Origin: Felis catus
Lineage: Eukaryota
Direction of reading: 5' to 3'
Length of the DNA stretch: 64,000 nucleotides
NCBI RefSeq assembly: GCF_018350175.1
Contig: NC_058368.1
Coordinates: 170,068,001 to 170,132,000 of the forward strand
Shown here: positions 1 through 14,300 of the stretch, piece by piece
Layout: each line of letters begins with the position of its first letter
Position numbering within the stretch: the first letter of the stretch is position 1
The notes under the pieces: generated by a model
The model's database searches: none
Told to the model about the DNA's origin: nothing
Seen by the model: only the letters and a program-made list of their open reading frames with translations
Translations under genes and position numbers: made by a program

Positions 1-3000
1 ACTTTATTAGTGGATTTTTTGGGGTGTTTTGCTACTGAGTTGTAGAAGTTCCTTATTTATTTTATATATTAAATTCTTTTCTACATAGATGTTCTGGAGA
101 TATTTCCTCCCATTCTATAGGTTACCATTTCATGGTTTGATTTTTTCTTTTTCTGGGCAGAAGCTTTTTAATTTGATATAGTTCCACTTGCTTATTTTCA
201 CTTTTGTTCCCTTTGCTTTTCAGGTCAGATCCAAAAAATTGTTGCCAAGACCAATGTCGAGGTTATTTTTTCTTATGTTCTCTTCTAGGAGTTTAACAGT
301 TCCAGTTCTTATATTTAAGTCTTTAATCCGTTTCAAATTAATTCTGTGAGTGGTATAGGAGGGGGATATGAATAGATTCTTTTGTATATGAATACCCAAG
401 TTTCCCACCACTCGTTACCGAAGAAACTGTTTCCCATTGAATTTTCTTGGCTGCCTTATCAAGTAATAGTTCACTGTATATGCACGGGTTTGTTTCCGGG
501 CTTTTCATTCTGTTCCATTGGTCTATGTTTCTGATTTTATGCCAGCACCATACCGTTTTTGATAACTATAACTTTGTACTATAGTTTGAAATTGAGAAGT
601 GTAATGCCTCTAACTTTTCTCTCAGGATTGCTTTGCCTAATGGAAGTCCTTTGTAATTTCATACAAATTTTAGGATTTGTTTTTCTTCTACTTCTGTGAA
701 AAACTCCATTGACATTTTGATAGGGATTACACTGAATCTATATATTGCTTTGGATAGTATGCACATTTTAACAGTGTTAAAATCTTCCAATATATAAGCG
801 TGGAGTATCTTCCTATTGACTTGTATTTTCTTCAGTTTTTTTCATCAATGCCTTAAAGTTGTCAGTGTACAGAACTTTCACCTCTTTGATTAAATTTATT
901 CCTAAGTATTTTATTGTTTTTGATGCTTTGTAAAAGAGGTTATTTTTAGATAGTTCATTGTCAGTGTACAGAAAAGCAACTGATTTAGTATGTTGATTTT
1001 GTATCCTGCAACTTTACTGAATTCATTTATTAGTCTAATAGTTTTTCATGGATCCTTTTTGTTTTCCTGCATATAAAATTATGTCATCTGCAAAACAGAG
1101 ACCGTTTAAGTACTTCCTTTCTGACTTGGGATGTCTTTAATTTCTTTTTCTTGCTTCACAGCTCTGTCTAGGACTTCTAGTAGTATGCGTTCACCATTGA
1201 GTACAATGTTAGCTGTGTGCTTGTTATTTATAGGCTTTATTATGTTGTGAGGTATGTTCCTCCTATACCCAATTGATTGAGGATTTTTATCATGAAGTAA
1301 AAATGGGAAATTTGTCAAATGCTTTTCTGCATCTATTGAGATGATCATATGATTTTTATCTTTTATTCTATTAATGTGTTATATCACACTTATTGATTTA
1401 CACATGTTGAAACATTCCTGCATCCAGGGATAAATCTTGCTTGATCATGATGTATGGTCTTTTTAATGTGCTGTTGAATTTGGTTTGCTGGTCTGTTGTT
1501 GAGAATTTTTGCATCTATATTCATTAGGATAAATGACCTGTACTTTTCTTTTCTTGTAGTATCCTTATCAGACTTTGTTATCACGGTACTGCTGGCATCA
1601 TAAAGTGAGTTTGAGAGTGTTCTCTCATCTTTAGTTTTTTTTATAAGAGTTTTAAAAGGACTAATGTTAATTCTTCTTTAAATGTTTGGTAGAATTAACC
1701 AAACCAGTGAAATCATTTGGTCTGGGATTTTCTTTGTTGAGAGGTTTTTTGTTTTGTTTTGTTTTTTGACTGCTGATTTAATCAACTTGCTATTGTCTGT
1801 TCAGATTTTCTATCTCTTCATGATTAATTCTTGGTAGGTTTTATGGTTCTAGGAATTTATCCATTTTTTCTAGTTTATCCAATTTGCTGGAATATCATTG
1901 TTCGTAGTAGTCTTTTATAATCCTTTATATTTTTGTGGTATCTGTTGCAATGCCATAACTTTTTATTATTTATTTGAGTCTCCTCTCTTTGGGGGGTGGG
2001 TCTAGATGAAGGCTTGTAAATTTTGATTATTTTTTCAGAAAAACAGCTCTTAGTTTCATTAATCTTTTCTAGCATTTTTTGGTCTCTACTATTTCCTTTA
2101 TTTCTTTGATCTTTTAGGTCTTTACTTCTGCTACCTTAAGCTTATTTTGTTCATCATTTAGTTCCTTGAGGTATTAAGTTAGGTTGTTTGAGATCTTTCT
2201 TTTTCTCTTAAGGTAAGTATTTATCACTATAAACTTCCCTCAGAACTGCTTTTGCTGCATCCCATAAGTTTTGCTATGTTGTATTTCCATTTTCATTTGT
2301 TTCAAGATATTTTTTTGATTTCACATTTGGTTTCTTCTGTGATCCATTGGTTGTTCAGGAGAATGTTATTTAATTTTCACATATTTGTGAATTTCCAGTT
2401 ATTCTCCTGTTATTGATTTTTATAGTTTTAGAACACTGTAGTTGGAAAAACTATTTGGTATGATTCCAGTCCTCTTCAGTTTGCTAAATACATGTTTTGT
2501 GGCCTAACGTGATCTCTCCTGGACAATGTTCCATGTGCACTTGAGAAGAATATGATGCTGTTAGGTGGAATGTTATGTAAATTTCTGTTAGGTCCATTTG
2601 GTCTAAAGTATAATTTAAGTCCAATGTTTTCTTTTTATTTTTCTGTCCGAAAATTCCATACATTGTTGAAAAGGGAAAATTAAAGTCTCCTATTATTGTA
2701 TTGTTGCCTATTTCTCCCTTCAGATATATTTTGTTGCCTCAAAGTTGGGTACATACATATTTACAATTGTTATATCCTCTTGATGAATTGACCCCTTTTT
2801 CATTATGTTATGACCTTCTTTCTCCTGTTACAGTTTTTGACTTAAAGTCTATTTTGTCCAATATAAGATAGCTACCTTTTTAAAATTTTGTTTGCATGGA
2901 ATATCTTTTACATCTCTTTATTTTGAGTCTGTGCCTGTCTTTAGAATTGAAGTGAGCCTAATGTAGGCAGTATCTTGTTTTGTTTTGTTTTTTAATCCAT

Positions 3001-3315
3001 TCATTCACTCTATAGCTTTCGTTCGAAAATTTAGTATATTTATATTTAAAGTAATTATTGATGGGTTAGGATGAATTAATGCCATATTATTGTTGTTTTG
3101 GTCTGTTTTATAGTTCCTTTGTTTCTTCCACTTTTGCTCTCTTCCTTTGTGAAGTGATGTTTTTTTCCATACTGATATGCTTTGATTCACTTCTCTTTAC
3201 CTTTTGTGTATCTACTATAAGTTTTTGCTTTGTGGTTACCATGAGGATTGTATAAAACATCCTATTGATATAATAGTCCATTTTAAGCTAATAACAACTT
3301 TGATTACATACAAAA
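1..3315 (-). mobile_element. Old LINE-1 fragment (ORF2 endonuclease to RT region), runs off the window edge
   Basis: Minus-strand ORF pieces with L1 ORF2 motifs: 'PSIITLNIN', 'MNIDAKILN..ANQIQQHIKK.IHHDQ', 'MIISIDAEK', 'IKDLNIR..TVKLLEEN'; many stops and frameshifts. Confidence 0.93.
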
Positions 3316-4789
3316 TTAGATCTTAAGTAGAACTGTCCATTAATACTTCAGTAGCATCTTTCCCAATTCCATTTCAATTCAGTGGCCTTAGGAACCATGG
3401 AACATTCAGGAAACTAAAAGTTTCAAGTCCTTAGAGATATATTTAACCATAACTTTCACACTCAGAACACTATTCAAATTTAATCTTTCATACATCTTTT
3501 TAAAAGGGGGTTAAAAATTAATTACTTTCTGGGCACATAAGTGGAAGATTTTTATCTCAAATTAATAATGTTGATTTTCTATTTAGGAAGGGTAATTGGT
3601 TCAAGTAATATATCATATCTAAACATTTTTATTTTCCTTCACCATAATTAGATTGTCCAAATCACAGGACCTCAAGATTACAGCTTCCTATAAGGGACAA
3701 GATTTAAAGCACAGATATTTACAAGAGCTATCCAAAGTAGGCTAGTAAAAGTAGGCTAATAAAGAAAAAAGTTGTTCTCAACTTAACTAGTATTATTACC
3801 ATTACTTTATCCCTTATGTTAAGATATCTGAAACCTATTTAATTGCTCTGTTTTGTAGTTCCTGCATTTAAAAACATTCTAAAAATACAGTCTGCTCAGT
3901 GAGAGTTAAAAAATTGTTGTGGTCTCCCCTCTCTGACATCTTCAGGCAGGACAATGATCCCATTTCTGCCTGGCATGAGAATCACCAGTGAAGGGAAACT
4001 CCAGGGTCCTTGGCCTTGTTCCATTCTCAAAGATCCCATCCAATGTGCTCTGTCTTAGACATCGGCTACTATAGTTTCATTCGTAATTTTCCCTGCCAGT
4101 CAGACTATTGATCTGGTGGTTTCCATATAAAGCACCTGCTGGAAAGTTTCAGGTGTCACTTTCACATTGACTACAGCTTACCGAGAAACCATGGAACTCA
4201 AAGTCAAGGCTTTTTGAATTTTAATATCTTTTCAGTCTAAGTCAAAATTTCCAATGGACATGTCACACAAAAACAATTCTTCTTGCATTTCCAGAAACAA
4301 AATTTTGCAGTCGTAAGCTAGGGATGGTCCTCTGCTATCCTAGAATTGCAGATTTATCCTCTACTTTTTAGTGTTTCTACAATCCTATGAATCAATTTAG
4401 CCATTAAAGTCTGGGCCATTTTATCATTCTCATTTAAATACTAATTTGTGTGGTTATCACAACTGGATTATGATTTGATTGGCTGAAAGACACAGTAAAA
4501 TGATGTTAATTTTAAAAAGGATGTTAATATTTTTAATGGCAGCTTATAGAAACTTATGTAGATGCTTTCACAAAGCAGGAAGAATGTAATCACCCCCCAG
4601 GCAGAGGTATGGCTCTAGGAACACCTCTGAAACCAATCTCAAGAATGAGTAGGAGTTACTATAGTGTTAGTGAAAATAAAGGTACATATAAATTAACTGT
4701 GTACGTGTATCAGAGTTCCTTGAGGGATACAGATTGCATGGAAAACAAGTGATAACTTCAGGTTTGAACTTATTGAGTTTAAATATCTT

Positions 4790-5228
4790 TGTACACCATT
4801 TGGAACTGGTTGCTTTCTAGGTGTGCTATATCACTGTCATTCTGGGAATACCCCTGGCGAGGAGAGATACTAGATCTTAATTGTTTGGCCACAGAAGTGT
4901 CATGTCATTTCGGCTCATAGTACTTAGCAAAAAATATATTCTAATCCAGGGTTTCTAAACATGACCTATTGACATTTAGATTAGACTTTGCTATATTGTG
5001 GGGGTTATCCTGTGCATTGTAGGACATTTAGCAACATTTCAAGTTTCCAAATGATTAACACCCCTGACTTGTGACAACCAAAAATGTCCATGAACGTTGC
5101 CAGAGTCTTCTGGGAGCCAAAATTACCCCTGACTGAGAACCACTATTCTAATCTAACTGCAAGGAAGTCTTCTGGAAAAACAAAAAAACACATGAAATGT
5201 TTTATGATTGCTAATGGTTTCTGTCACA
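4790..5228 (-). mobile_element. Ancient MaLR LTR remnant (MLT1-like), interrupted by MER20
   Basis: 'cagaagtgtcatgtcatttcggctca...[MER20]...taactgcaaggaag...tctgtcaca' resembles old MLT1 LTR sequence; left boundary uncertain. Confidence 0.5.
4947..5145. mobile_element. MER20 hAT-Charlie non-autonomous DNA transposon
   Basis: Termini cagggtttct...gagaaccact, internal 'tcctgtgcattgtagga' and 'gtgacaaccaaaaatgtc'; perfect 8-bp TSD ttctaatc at 4939-4946 and 5146-5153. Confidence 0.92.
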
Positions 5229-5280
5229 GGAAGTTTTAAGTTTACTTTTTCCTTAGTTTTTCAATTTTCACAATGAAGTG

Positions 5281-5841
5281 TGTGGTAGGCAGATTTCCAA
5301 AATCACCCTAATAATTCCCACCTGCTAGTACTCATGCCCTGTGTAATTCTCCTACAGTATGTATGGGCTTACCCAATGACTTGTTTCTGACCAATACAAT
5401 TTAATAAATGTAATGAGATATCACTTCAATAATTAGGTGTGACTTCTGTCTTGTTAGCTAACTCTTTTTATGCCTTCTTGGCATGTATGCATTGGTAATT
5501 CAAGTTCCCATATTAGAGAGGCCTACCAAGGCAAGTAACAAAAATGGTCTATGGATATCAGTCAATAAGATGTTTAGATTCTCAGTCTAACAACACACAA
5601 GGAATTAAATCCTTCTAATAATTTATGAGTCATCTTCCAAGTGGAGTCTTCCCAGGTTTGCCTTCAGATGAGACCTGAGTCTTGGCCAACACCTTGATTG
5701 CAGCATGTAAAAGACCTTCAAACAGTGAGCCTAGATAAATTATGTCTGGATTCCTGACTCAGTGCAACTGTGAGATGGTAAATGTGTGTTGTTTTTAGTG
5801 GCTACACTTTTTGGTCATTTATTACATATAATGGATAATAC
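5281..5841 (+). mobile_element. MaLR solo LTR (MLT1E/F-like)
   Basis: Starts tgtggtaggcag, ends gataataca; contains 'ccttcagatgaga', 'gccaacaccttgattgcagc', 'aactgtgagat..taaatgtgtgttgttt'. Confidence 0.85.
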
Positions 5842-5859
5842 AAAGTGCCTTACAATAGG

Positions 5860-6560
5860 TCTTTTAAAATTTATTTTTTGAGCACTATTTGGGCCCCTTA
5901 AATGTATAAATTTGTCTTTAGTTCTTCAAATTAAAAAAACAAAAAGCCTTTCATTGATAAATAACTTCCCTTAGTCGTCTTTGTTCTTTTTTCCCCCCGG
6001 AATTCCCTTTATTCTAATGTTAGAGCTCTGGAACTGTGCCTCTCATTTCTTATCTTCTTGTTCCCATTTCCCTCTTCTTTGTGTCTTTATTTTACTTTCT
6101 GAGAGATCTCTTCATTTTTATCATCCAAACATTCTGTTGAATTTTTAGCTTCCACTATTATGTTTTTAATTTCTAAGAATTCTTTCTTGTACTGTTCTTT
6201 TTTATAGCATCCCCTTTTCATGGATGAGAAAATTTTCATTTATTTCTCAGAAGATAATTATAGTTTCTTTTTGAACTTCACTTCTGTCCTACACAGTTTC
6301 AGTTTTCTGAATGACTTTACATTTTATTTGGGTCCCTGTCTCTTATGTTAGAGTCTTTTTACAAATATTTGGTGAATCTATTATCTCTATTCACATTTTA
6401 ACAGTTTTATTGAGGTATAATTAGCAGACAATACGTTGTGCATGCTTAAAATATATAATTTCATACATTTTGATAATACATATATGCCCTTGGCAACATC
6501 ATCATATTCAAGAAAATGAACATAACCATCATTCCCCAGGTTTTCCTCATGCCCCTGTTC
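5860..6560 (-). mobile_element. Ancient L1M fragments (ORF1-region piece followed by an L1 3'-end piece)
   Basis: T-rich decayed L1-like sequence; 'ttttaacagttttattgaggtataatt' at ~6396 is the typical reverse-strand L1M 3' end. Confidence 0.55.
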
Positions 6561-6659
6561 CCAATTATTTGTGTTTAAAAGCAAAATAGTAAAAAGGCAA
6601 TGGGAAGCTCTGGGTGGGTTGTTGGGGCTTGTTGAATAATGGCTCTCATCATGGTGTGA

Positions 6660-7185
6660 TTACATTAGTTACATATTACTGCATAACAAATTACTCCTCA
6701 GTTAGCAATTTTCATACATCTTTAAAGCAGGAGGTTAATCATCTCACAGTTTTTCCGGGTAAGGAATTTGGACATGGCCTTTGGCTCAGGGTCTCTCTCA
6801 GGGCTGAAACCAAGGTGTTGGCAGAGGTTGCAGGCATCAAGCTCCTTGGGGGACAATTCAGTTTCAAGCTTATTCATATGACTATTGGCACGTCCTTACT
6901 GGCTATTGGTCAGAGACATCAGTTTCTTGACACTCAAGCCCCTCCTCAAGGCAACATGGTGGTTAATTTCCCTCACAGTCAGTGAGTGACTGAGTGAGAG
7001 TCTCCAGGACAGAAGCCTCTGGTTTTTTTGTGAGTTTTTTTTTTTTTTTTTGTATCCCAACCTTAGAAGTGGCATCTTCTCCCTTTTGCCACATTCTCAT
7101 CACTATAACAGAAGTGATTTTACCAGGGCATGGATATCAAGAAACAGGAATCAATGGAGGCCATTTTAGGGGGCTGCTTAGCACA
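6660..7185 (-). mobile_element. MaLR solo LTR (MLT1F-like)
   Basis: 'attagtt...tattactgcataacaaattac', 'tctcacagttt', 'ggctcagggtctct', ends 'ggaggccattttagggggctgcttagcaca'. Confidence 0.8.
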
Positions 7186-10100
7186 GGAGTGAAGCCATTT
7201 TCTTGAAGAATCCAGAAATATCAGGATTTATAGGCTTTTTCTTATATGCCAGACAGAGACATCAGACAATCTATGGAATATATCATTCTGGTCCTCAAGA
7301 AGAGGAAGGAAGGGGGGAAAGTGGAAGTGATAGAGATGGAAACTAGGGGCTCTGAATCTGTTCTCTATGAAGATTTTGCCTTCATTCAGCACAACACCCT
7401 TATAGTCTTTGAAAGCTTTTAAGTAGTAAAATAGTATGATCAGAATTGTGTTTCAAAATGATTACTCTGACAGTTGTGTAGATTGAACAAGAAATACTTA
7501 AAGAAGTGGGACCACTTCAGGAGTTATTGAAACAGAATGGTGGCAGAGTATGAAAGATTGGCAGAGTTGTCTTACCAGAGGAGCAATTAATTGCCATAGC
7601 AACAACAGATTTGTGGTGGGTGAAGGGGGAAATATGAGAGATGTTTTTTCCTCTTTCCTGACTCTGAAGGACTCAACTGTTGCCGGATAGAAAATATAAT
7701 AGTATAAGATTTTACGCTTGAAGCTAAACAACTTAGAATGCCTAAATATTAATATTCTGCCACTGTTTTATTCTAGAAGTTGTTGACATGCTGGCATGTT
7801 TCCATAATTATGAGATGTATTACAAATAATTTGTTATTGATAATAGCTAAGGAAAAAAAGTCTTGAAATTATTCATACTTTAAAAATATACTATGCTATG
7901 TTTGCAGTATCCCTATAATAACACTCTTATTCCATTATAATATGTTCTTGATTGGGAATTGATCGAAAAAATAGATAACCCAGAATCTATATTTACTATG
8001 TGCAATATTTAGTAATAGAGGAATTGGATTTCAAAATGGAAACTAGGACCCACCAGCACTCTTCTGAAAGAAAGAGGGGGAAATGCTCACATGAAAGCAG
8101 GAAGTCCTTGCTCTATGAGTATTTGCTTACAAGGTCTTAACCAATCAATAATGCAGGTAACTATTTTTGCAGCACCTAAGTGGTTACTTTCCCCCTCCCC
8201 ATATCTGCTCCCCTATATATACAGTTACCTTCTCCAGGCAGGTATTTTAATTAAATAAAAATTAATTTTAAAAATTAAATGGAAGAAAATTGATGGTCAG
8301 AGATTAATTATATCATAGAAATGTTACTTACCACAAATGAAGTTCTACTGGGAGTAAGCAGAAACCTGGAGAGATAGGAAGGGCCTCTGTTTTCCAAACA
8401 GACTGAGGATAATAGCACTATTCAGCAATCTGAGATCCAGGTGGAATATGGAAAATCTCCTCACATTCCAGCAGAGCCACATTATATAAAATCCTACTAG
8501 AGAGACTGGGAACCAGGCTATCCAGCTCTACACCTAACTTTGGGCATCCACTAGCATGCAAGTGTATAGAAAGGGACAAAGGACAATTTGTAAATCCTTT
8601 CTGTTGGCAAACACCAGTCCTATATAGACCTCTCTTCGCTAAGTGGAAAGTAGAAGAAAACTTCCAAAATAATCTCTAACTTACTCAAAGAAGAATGTAC
8701 ATCATCCCACATATACAGAAGAAAATAAATTTTTAAACAATTATTTACAGTAGAAATCTGGAAGAAGTTACAGAAAGCTACTTTCCACTCAGTAAGTACA
8801 AAGATATAATATCTGTAAAATGGGAACTGATAGTCATAAGAATAGAAAAGTTAGAAAAAATGTGAGATGATAAAGGATGGTATGAAAAGATAAAGTGCCA
8901 TTGTAAAAGACCAAGACATAGGAAAGCATTTTAAGAAAACAGAGCAGACATTATGAAAAATAAACCAGTATTAAGGACTACCAATTCAGGAAGATTTCCA
9001 AGGGTAAGAGGAAAATATAAAGTTCAAATAGAGAAGAAATAACTAAAATGGAATGTTATATAACCCAAGAATTATCAATTTTTTAAAAACCCAGAAAATT
9101 TGAAATAGAAGCAGTATTCAAAGGTATGACCACAGAAAACTTACAGAGTTGAAACAGACCTAAGTATGTTTATTTAAATGACTTTCTATACCACTTCAAA
9201 AATAGTGACCCAGGAAAAAAAATAACTACAAGGATAAAAGCAAAATTCTACATATATTGAGAGGAATAAACTTAAGTAAAATCAACCTTAGATTTCACTG
9301 CTTCAATATAAAATGACAAAAGAACTGTTCCCAAGAATTTTTAGATTTTCGAGTACTAAGAAGAAATTTGTCATGTATATTTTCCTGTTATATTGTTTTT
9401 ATTTTAATTTATTCTAAAATGTATTCCAACAGCATACTTAACATATAGTGTTATGTTAATTTCAGATGTAAACAATTCTATACATTACTCAGTGCTCATT
9501 GTGGTAAGTCTACTCTTAATACCCTTGACCTATTTCACCATTTCCCCCACTAACTGCCCCTCTGGTAACCATCAGTTTGTTCCCTATAGTTAAGAGTGTT
9601 TTTTTGGTGTGTCTCTCTCTTTTCTTTGTTTGCTGTGTTTCTTAAATTCCACATGAATAAAATCATATGGTATTTGTCTTTCTCAGACTTACTTTACCTA
9701 GAATTATATCATCTAGATCCATCCATATCATTGCAAATAGCAAGATTTCATTCTATTTTTATGACTGAATAATATTCATACACACACTATTCCTTCTTTA
9801 TTTACCTACTGATAGACATTTGGGATCCTTCCATATCTTGGCTATTGGAAATAATGCTGCTATAAACATAGCAGTACATGTATCTTTTCGAATTAGTGTT
9901 TTCATATTCTTTGGGTAAATACCCAGTATTGGAATACTGGAATATATTGTAGTTCTATTTTTAATTTTTTGAGGAAACTCCATACTGTCTTCCAGAGTGG
10001 CTGCACCAGTTTGCATTCCCACAAACCGTGCACAAGGTTTCTTTTTTCTCCACATGCTGACACTTGTTGATTCTTGTGTTTTTGATTCTGACAGGTGTGA

Positions 10101-10820
10101 GGTGATATATCATTGTGGTTTTGATCTGCATTTCCCTGATGAGTGATATTGAGCATCTTTTCATGTGTATATTGGCCATATGTATGTCTTCTTTGGAGGA
10201 ATGTCTGTTCATATTTTCTGCCCATTTTTAACTGGATTATTTGTTTTCTTGATGTTAGTTTTATAAGTTCTTTATATATTTTGGATACTAACCCTCTATC
10301 CAATGTCATTTGCAAATATATTCTCCCATTAAGAAGGTTGCCTTTTAGTTTTGATTGTTTCCTTTCTATGCAAAAGTTTTTCATTTTGATGTAGTCCCAA
10401 TAGTTTATTTTTGTTTCTATTTCCCTTACCTCAGGAGATAGATCTATAAAAATGTTGCTATGGCTGATGTCAGAGAAATTACTGCCTGTACTCTCTTTCC
10501 AAGATTTTTAAGGCTTAAGATCGCACATTTAAGTCTTTAGTCTACTTTAAGTTTATTTTGTATATGAAAGAAAGTGGCCCAGTGTTACCAACACTATTTG
10601 TTGAAGAAACTTTTTCTCAGTGCATATTCTTGCCTCTTTTGTCAGAGATTAATTGACCATATAATAGTGGCTTTACTTCTGGGCTTTCTATTATATTGAG
10701 CGGGAGGAGTGCTCTCTTTTCTGTTCCATTGATCTTTGTGTCTATGTGCCAATACCATACTGTTTTGATTACTACAGCTTCATAGTATATCTTGAATCTG
10801 GGATTGTGACACCTCCAGTT

Positions 10821-10958
10821 TTGTTCTTCCTTTTCAAGTTTGCTTTGGCTATTCAGGTTCTTTTGTGGCGTCATACAAATTTTAGGATTTTATTCTTCCT
10901 TTTCAAGGTCGCTTTGGCCATTCAGGGTCTTTTGAGGTTTGATACAAAGTTTAGGATT
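10821..10958. repeat. 69-bp tandem duplication inside L1 ORF2
   Basis: ttgttcttccttttcaag...tttaggatt (10821-10889) followed by ttattcttccttttcaag...tttaggatt (10890-10958); appears as a 23-aa repeat in ORF 10746..10961. Confidence 0.9.
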
Positions 10959-11124
10959 TAGTACCAGTTCTGTGAAAAATGTTCCTGGTATTTTGATAGA
11001 GATTACATTAAATCTTTAGATTGGTTTTGGTAGTATGGAAATTTTCACAATATTTATTTTTCCATGTCTTTGTATTTCTTTGTGTCATCTTCAATTTTCT
11101 TTCATCATTTTTTTCATAATAGTA

Positions 11125-11303
11125 CTTTATTTTTTTGGAGTTGTGTATTTTTTAATTTATTTATTTCTTTAAATTTTAAAAACATTGTTTAAGTTTTTGT
11201 TTAAATTTCAGTTAGTTAACATACAGTGTAATATTAACTTCAGGTATACAACATAGTGGTTCAACAACACTTCTATACCTGGTGCTCATGACCAGTGCAC
11301 TCC
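11125..11303 (-). mobile_element. Short 5'-truncated L1 3' end nested in the older L1
   Basis: T-rich tail plus 'gttagttaacatacagtgtaatattaacttcaggtatacaacatagtg', homologous to the 3' end at ~9435-9500, interrupting ORF2 sequence. Confidence 0.75.
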
Positions 11304-14300
11304 TATTTGATAGTTTTCACAGTACTGTTCTTTTACCTTCTTGGTGAAGTTTAGTCCTAGGTATTTTGTTATTTTCATGCAATTATAAATGTGGTTGTTT
11401 TCTTAATTTCTCTTTCTGCTACTTCATTGTTATTGTATTGAAATGCAGTATATTTCTATATATTGATTTTTTACCCTGTGACCTTACTGAATTCATTTAT
11501 CAGTTGTAGTAGTTTTTTGGTGGAATCATTAAGGTTTTCTATATATAGTGTTATGTCATCTGCAAATAGTGAAAGTTTTACTTCTTTCTTACTAATCTGG
11601 ATGCCTTTTATTCCTTTTTGTTGTCTGATTTGCTGTGGACTGTTGGCACTGTTGTATAAAAGAGGTGAGCGTGGACATCCTGGTCTTCTTTTTGACCTTT
11701 GGGGTAAAGCTCTCAGTTTTCCACCATTGAGTGTGATTCCATTGAGTTTTCCAGCATTGAGTTATCGGTGGGTTTTTAATATATTGCCTTTATTATGTTC
11801 GGACATGTTCCCTCTAAACCTACCTTGTTGAAAGTTTTTTCATGAATCGATGTTGTACTTTGTCAAATGCTTTTTCTGCTGCATCTATTGAAATGATCAT
11901 ATGGTTTTTATCCTTTCACTTGTTGATATGATGTGTCACATCATTGATTTGCAAATATTGAAACACCTTTGTATCCCAGAAAGAAATCCCATTTGATCAT
12001 GGTGAATTATTATTATTTTGCTGTACTTGGATTCATATTACTAATATTAAGGTTTTTGCATCTATAGTCATCAGATATATTGGCCTGTAGTCCTCTTTTT
12101 TTGTAGTGTCTTTATCTGGTTTTGGTATAAGAATAATGCTGGCCCAATAGAATGGATTTGGAAGCTTTCCTTTGACTTCTATTTTTTGGAATAGTTTGAG
12201 AAGAATAGGTATTAATTCTTCTATGTTTGCTAGAATTTACCTCTGAAGCTGTCTGGTCCTGGACTTTGGTTTGGTGGGAGGTTTTTGGTTACTGATTGAA
12301 GTCCATTACTGATAATTGGTCTCTTTAAATTTTCTATTTCTCCTAAATCAGTTTTGGGGGGTTATATTTTTCTAGGAAATGATCCATTTCTTCTAGGTTG
12401 TCCAATTTGTTGGTTAATAATTTTTCAAGATATTCTCTTATAATCCTTTGTATGTCTGTGGTGTCAGATGTTTTCTCCTCTTTCATTTCTGATTTTGTGT
12501 ATTTTATTTCTGTCCCTCTCTCTTTTATGACTCAGGCTAAAGGTTTATCAATTTTATTGACCTTTCCAAAGAACCAGCCTCTGGTTTCACTGATCTAATC
12601 TATTGTTTTCTTAGTTTTATTTCATTTATTTCTGCTTTACTCTTATTTCCTTCCTTCTACTGACTTTGAATTTTGTTTGCTATTCTTTTTCTAGTTCCTA
12701 TAGGTATATGGTTGGGTTGTTTATTTCAGATTTTTCTCGCATCTTGAGGTAGGCCTGTAATGCTATAAAATTCACTATTAGAACTGCTTTTGCTGCATCC
12801 CAAAGATTTTGAGCCATTGTGTTTTCATTTATTTTTTTACTTCTTTTATTTCCTGGTTGACCCATTCATTGCTTTAGTAGCAGGTTATTTAACATCCATG
12901 TATCTGTGTTCTTTACAGATTTTTTTCTTGTGGTTGATTTCTAGTTTCATAGCATCATCATCAGAAAAGATGCATAGTGTGACTTTGATCTTTTTTAAAT
13001 TTGTTGAGACTAGTTTGTGGCCTAATATGTGATCTGTTCTTGAAAGTGTTGCATATACATTCAAGAAGGATGTGTATTCCATTTTAGATAGATTATCCTC
13101 AATATATCTGATAGATTGCTCTGGTCCCATGTGTCATTCAAAGTCACTGCCCCCTTGTTGATTTTGTTTAGATGATCTATTCATTGATGTAAGTGGGGTG
13201 TTAAAGTCACCTATTATTGTATTGCAATTGATTACTTCCTTTATGTTTGTTATTAGCTGCTTTATGTTTTTAAGAGCTCCCATGTTGAATGCATAAATAT
13301 TTACATTGTTTGTATCTTCTTGTTGAATTGTTCCCTTTATGATTATATAATGTCCTCCTTTGTCTCTTCTTGTAGTCTTTGTTTTAAAGTCTATTTTGTT
13401 TGATATAAACAATATGTTTAGGCTTCCTTTTCACTTCCATTTGCATAACAAATGCTTTTCCATCCCTTTACTTTGAATCTGTATGTGTCTCTAAGTCTGA
13501 AATGTGTCTCTTGTAGACAGGACATAAATGGGTCTTGTTTTTCATCTACTCTGTCACCCTACGTTTTTTGATCGAAGCATTTAGTCTATTTACATTCAAA
13601 GTAATTACTAATAGCTATGTACTTATTGCCATTTTGTTACTTGTTTTATGGTGGTTTTTGTAGTTCTGTTTCTTTTCTCCCTGTCTTCTCTCATGTTTTA
13701 CCGTATTTCTTTAGTGCTATACTTGGATTCCTTTCTCTTTATTTTTTGCATATCTATCAGTGGTTTTTGATATGTGGCTTATTATCTAATTTATTACCTA
13801 ATATTATCATTAGGTTTGTATATAACATTTTCTACATACAGCAATCTATATTAGGTTGGTAATCACTGAAGTTTGAACCCATTCTTTATTCCTTTCCCCT
13901 CCATGTTTTAGGTATATGGTATCATATTTTACTTCATTTTATTTTGTGACTCTCTTGCCTGATTTTTGTAGATATACTCAATTTTACTGCCTTTGTGCTT
14001 CATAATTTTCTTACTCCTGCTTATGATTTTTCCTTTCTACTCAAAGAGTCCCCTTTAACATTTCTTGTAGGGCTGGTTTACTGGTCATGAGTTACATTAG
14101 CTTTTGTTTGTCTGTGAAACTCTTCACCTTTCCTCTACTCTGAAGATAGCCTTGCTGGATAGAGTATTCTTGGCTGGATAGAGTATTTTTCTTTCAGCAC
14201 TTTGAATATATCAAGCCACTCCCTTCTGTCCTGTAAAGGTTCTACTGAAAAATCAGCTGATTGCTTTATGGGGTTTCCTTGTATATAACTGTTTCTTTCA

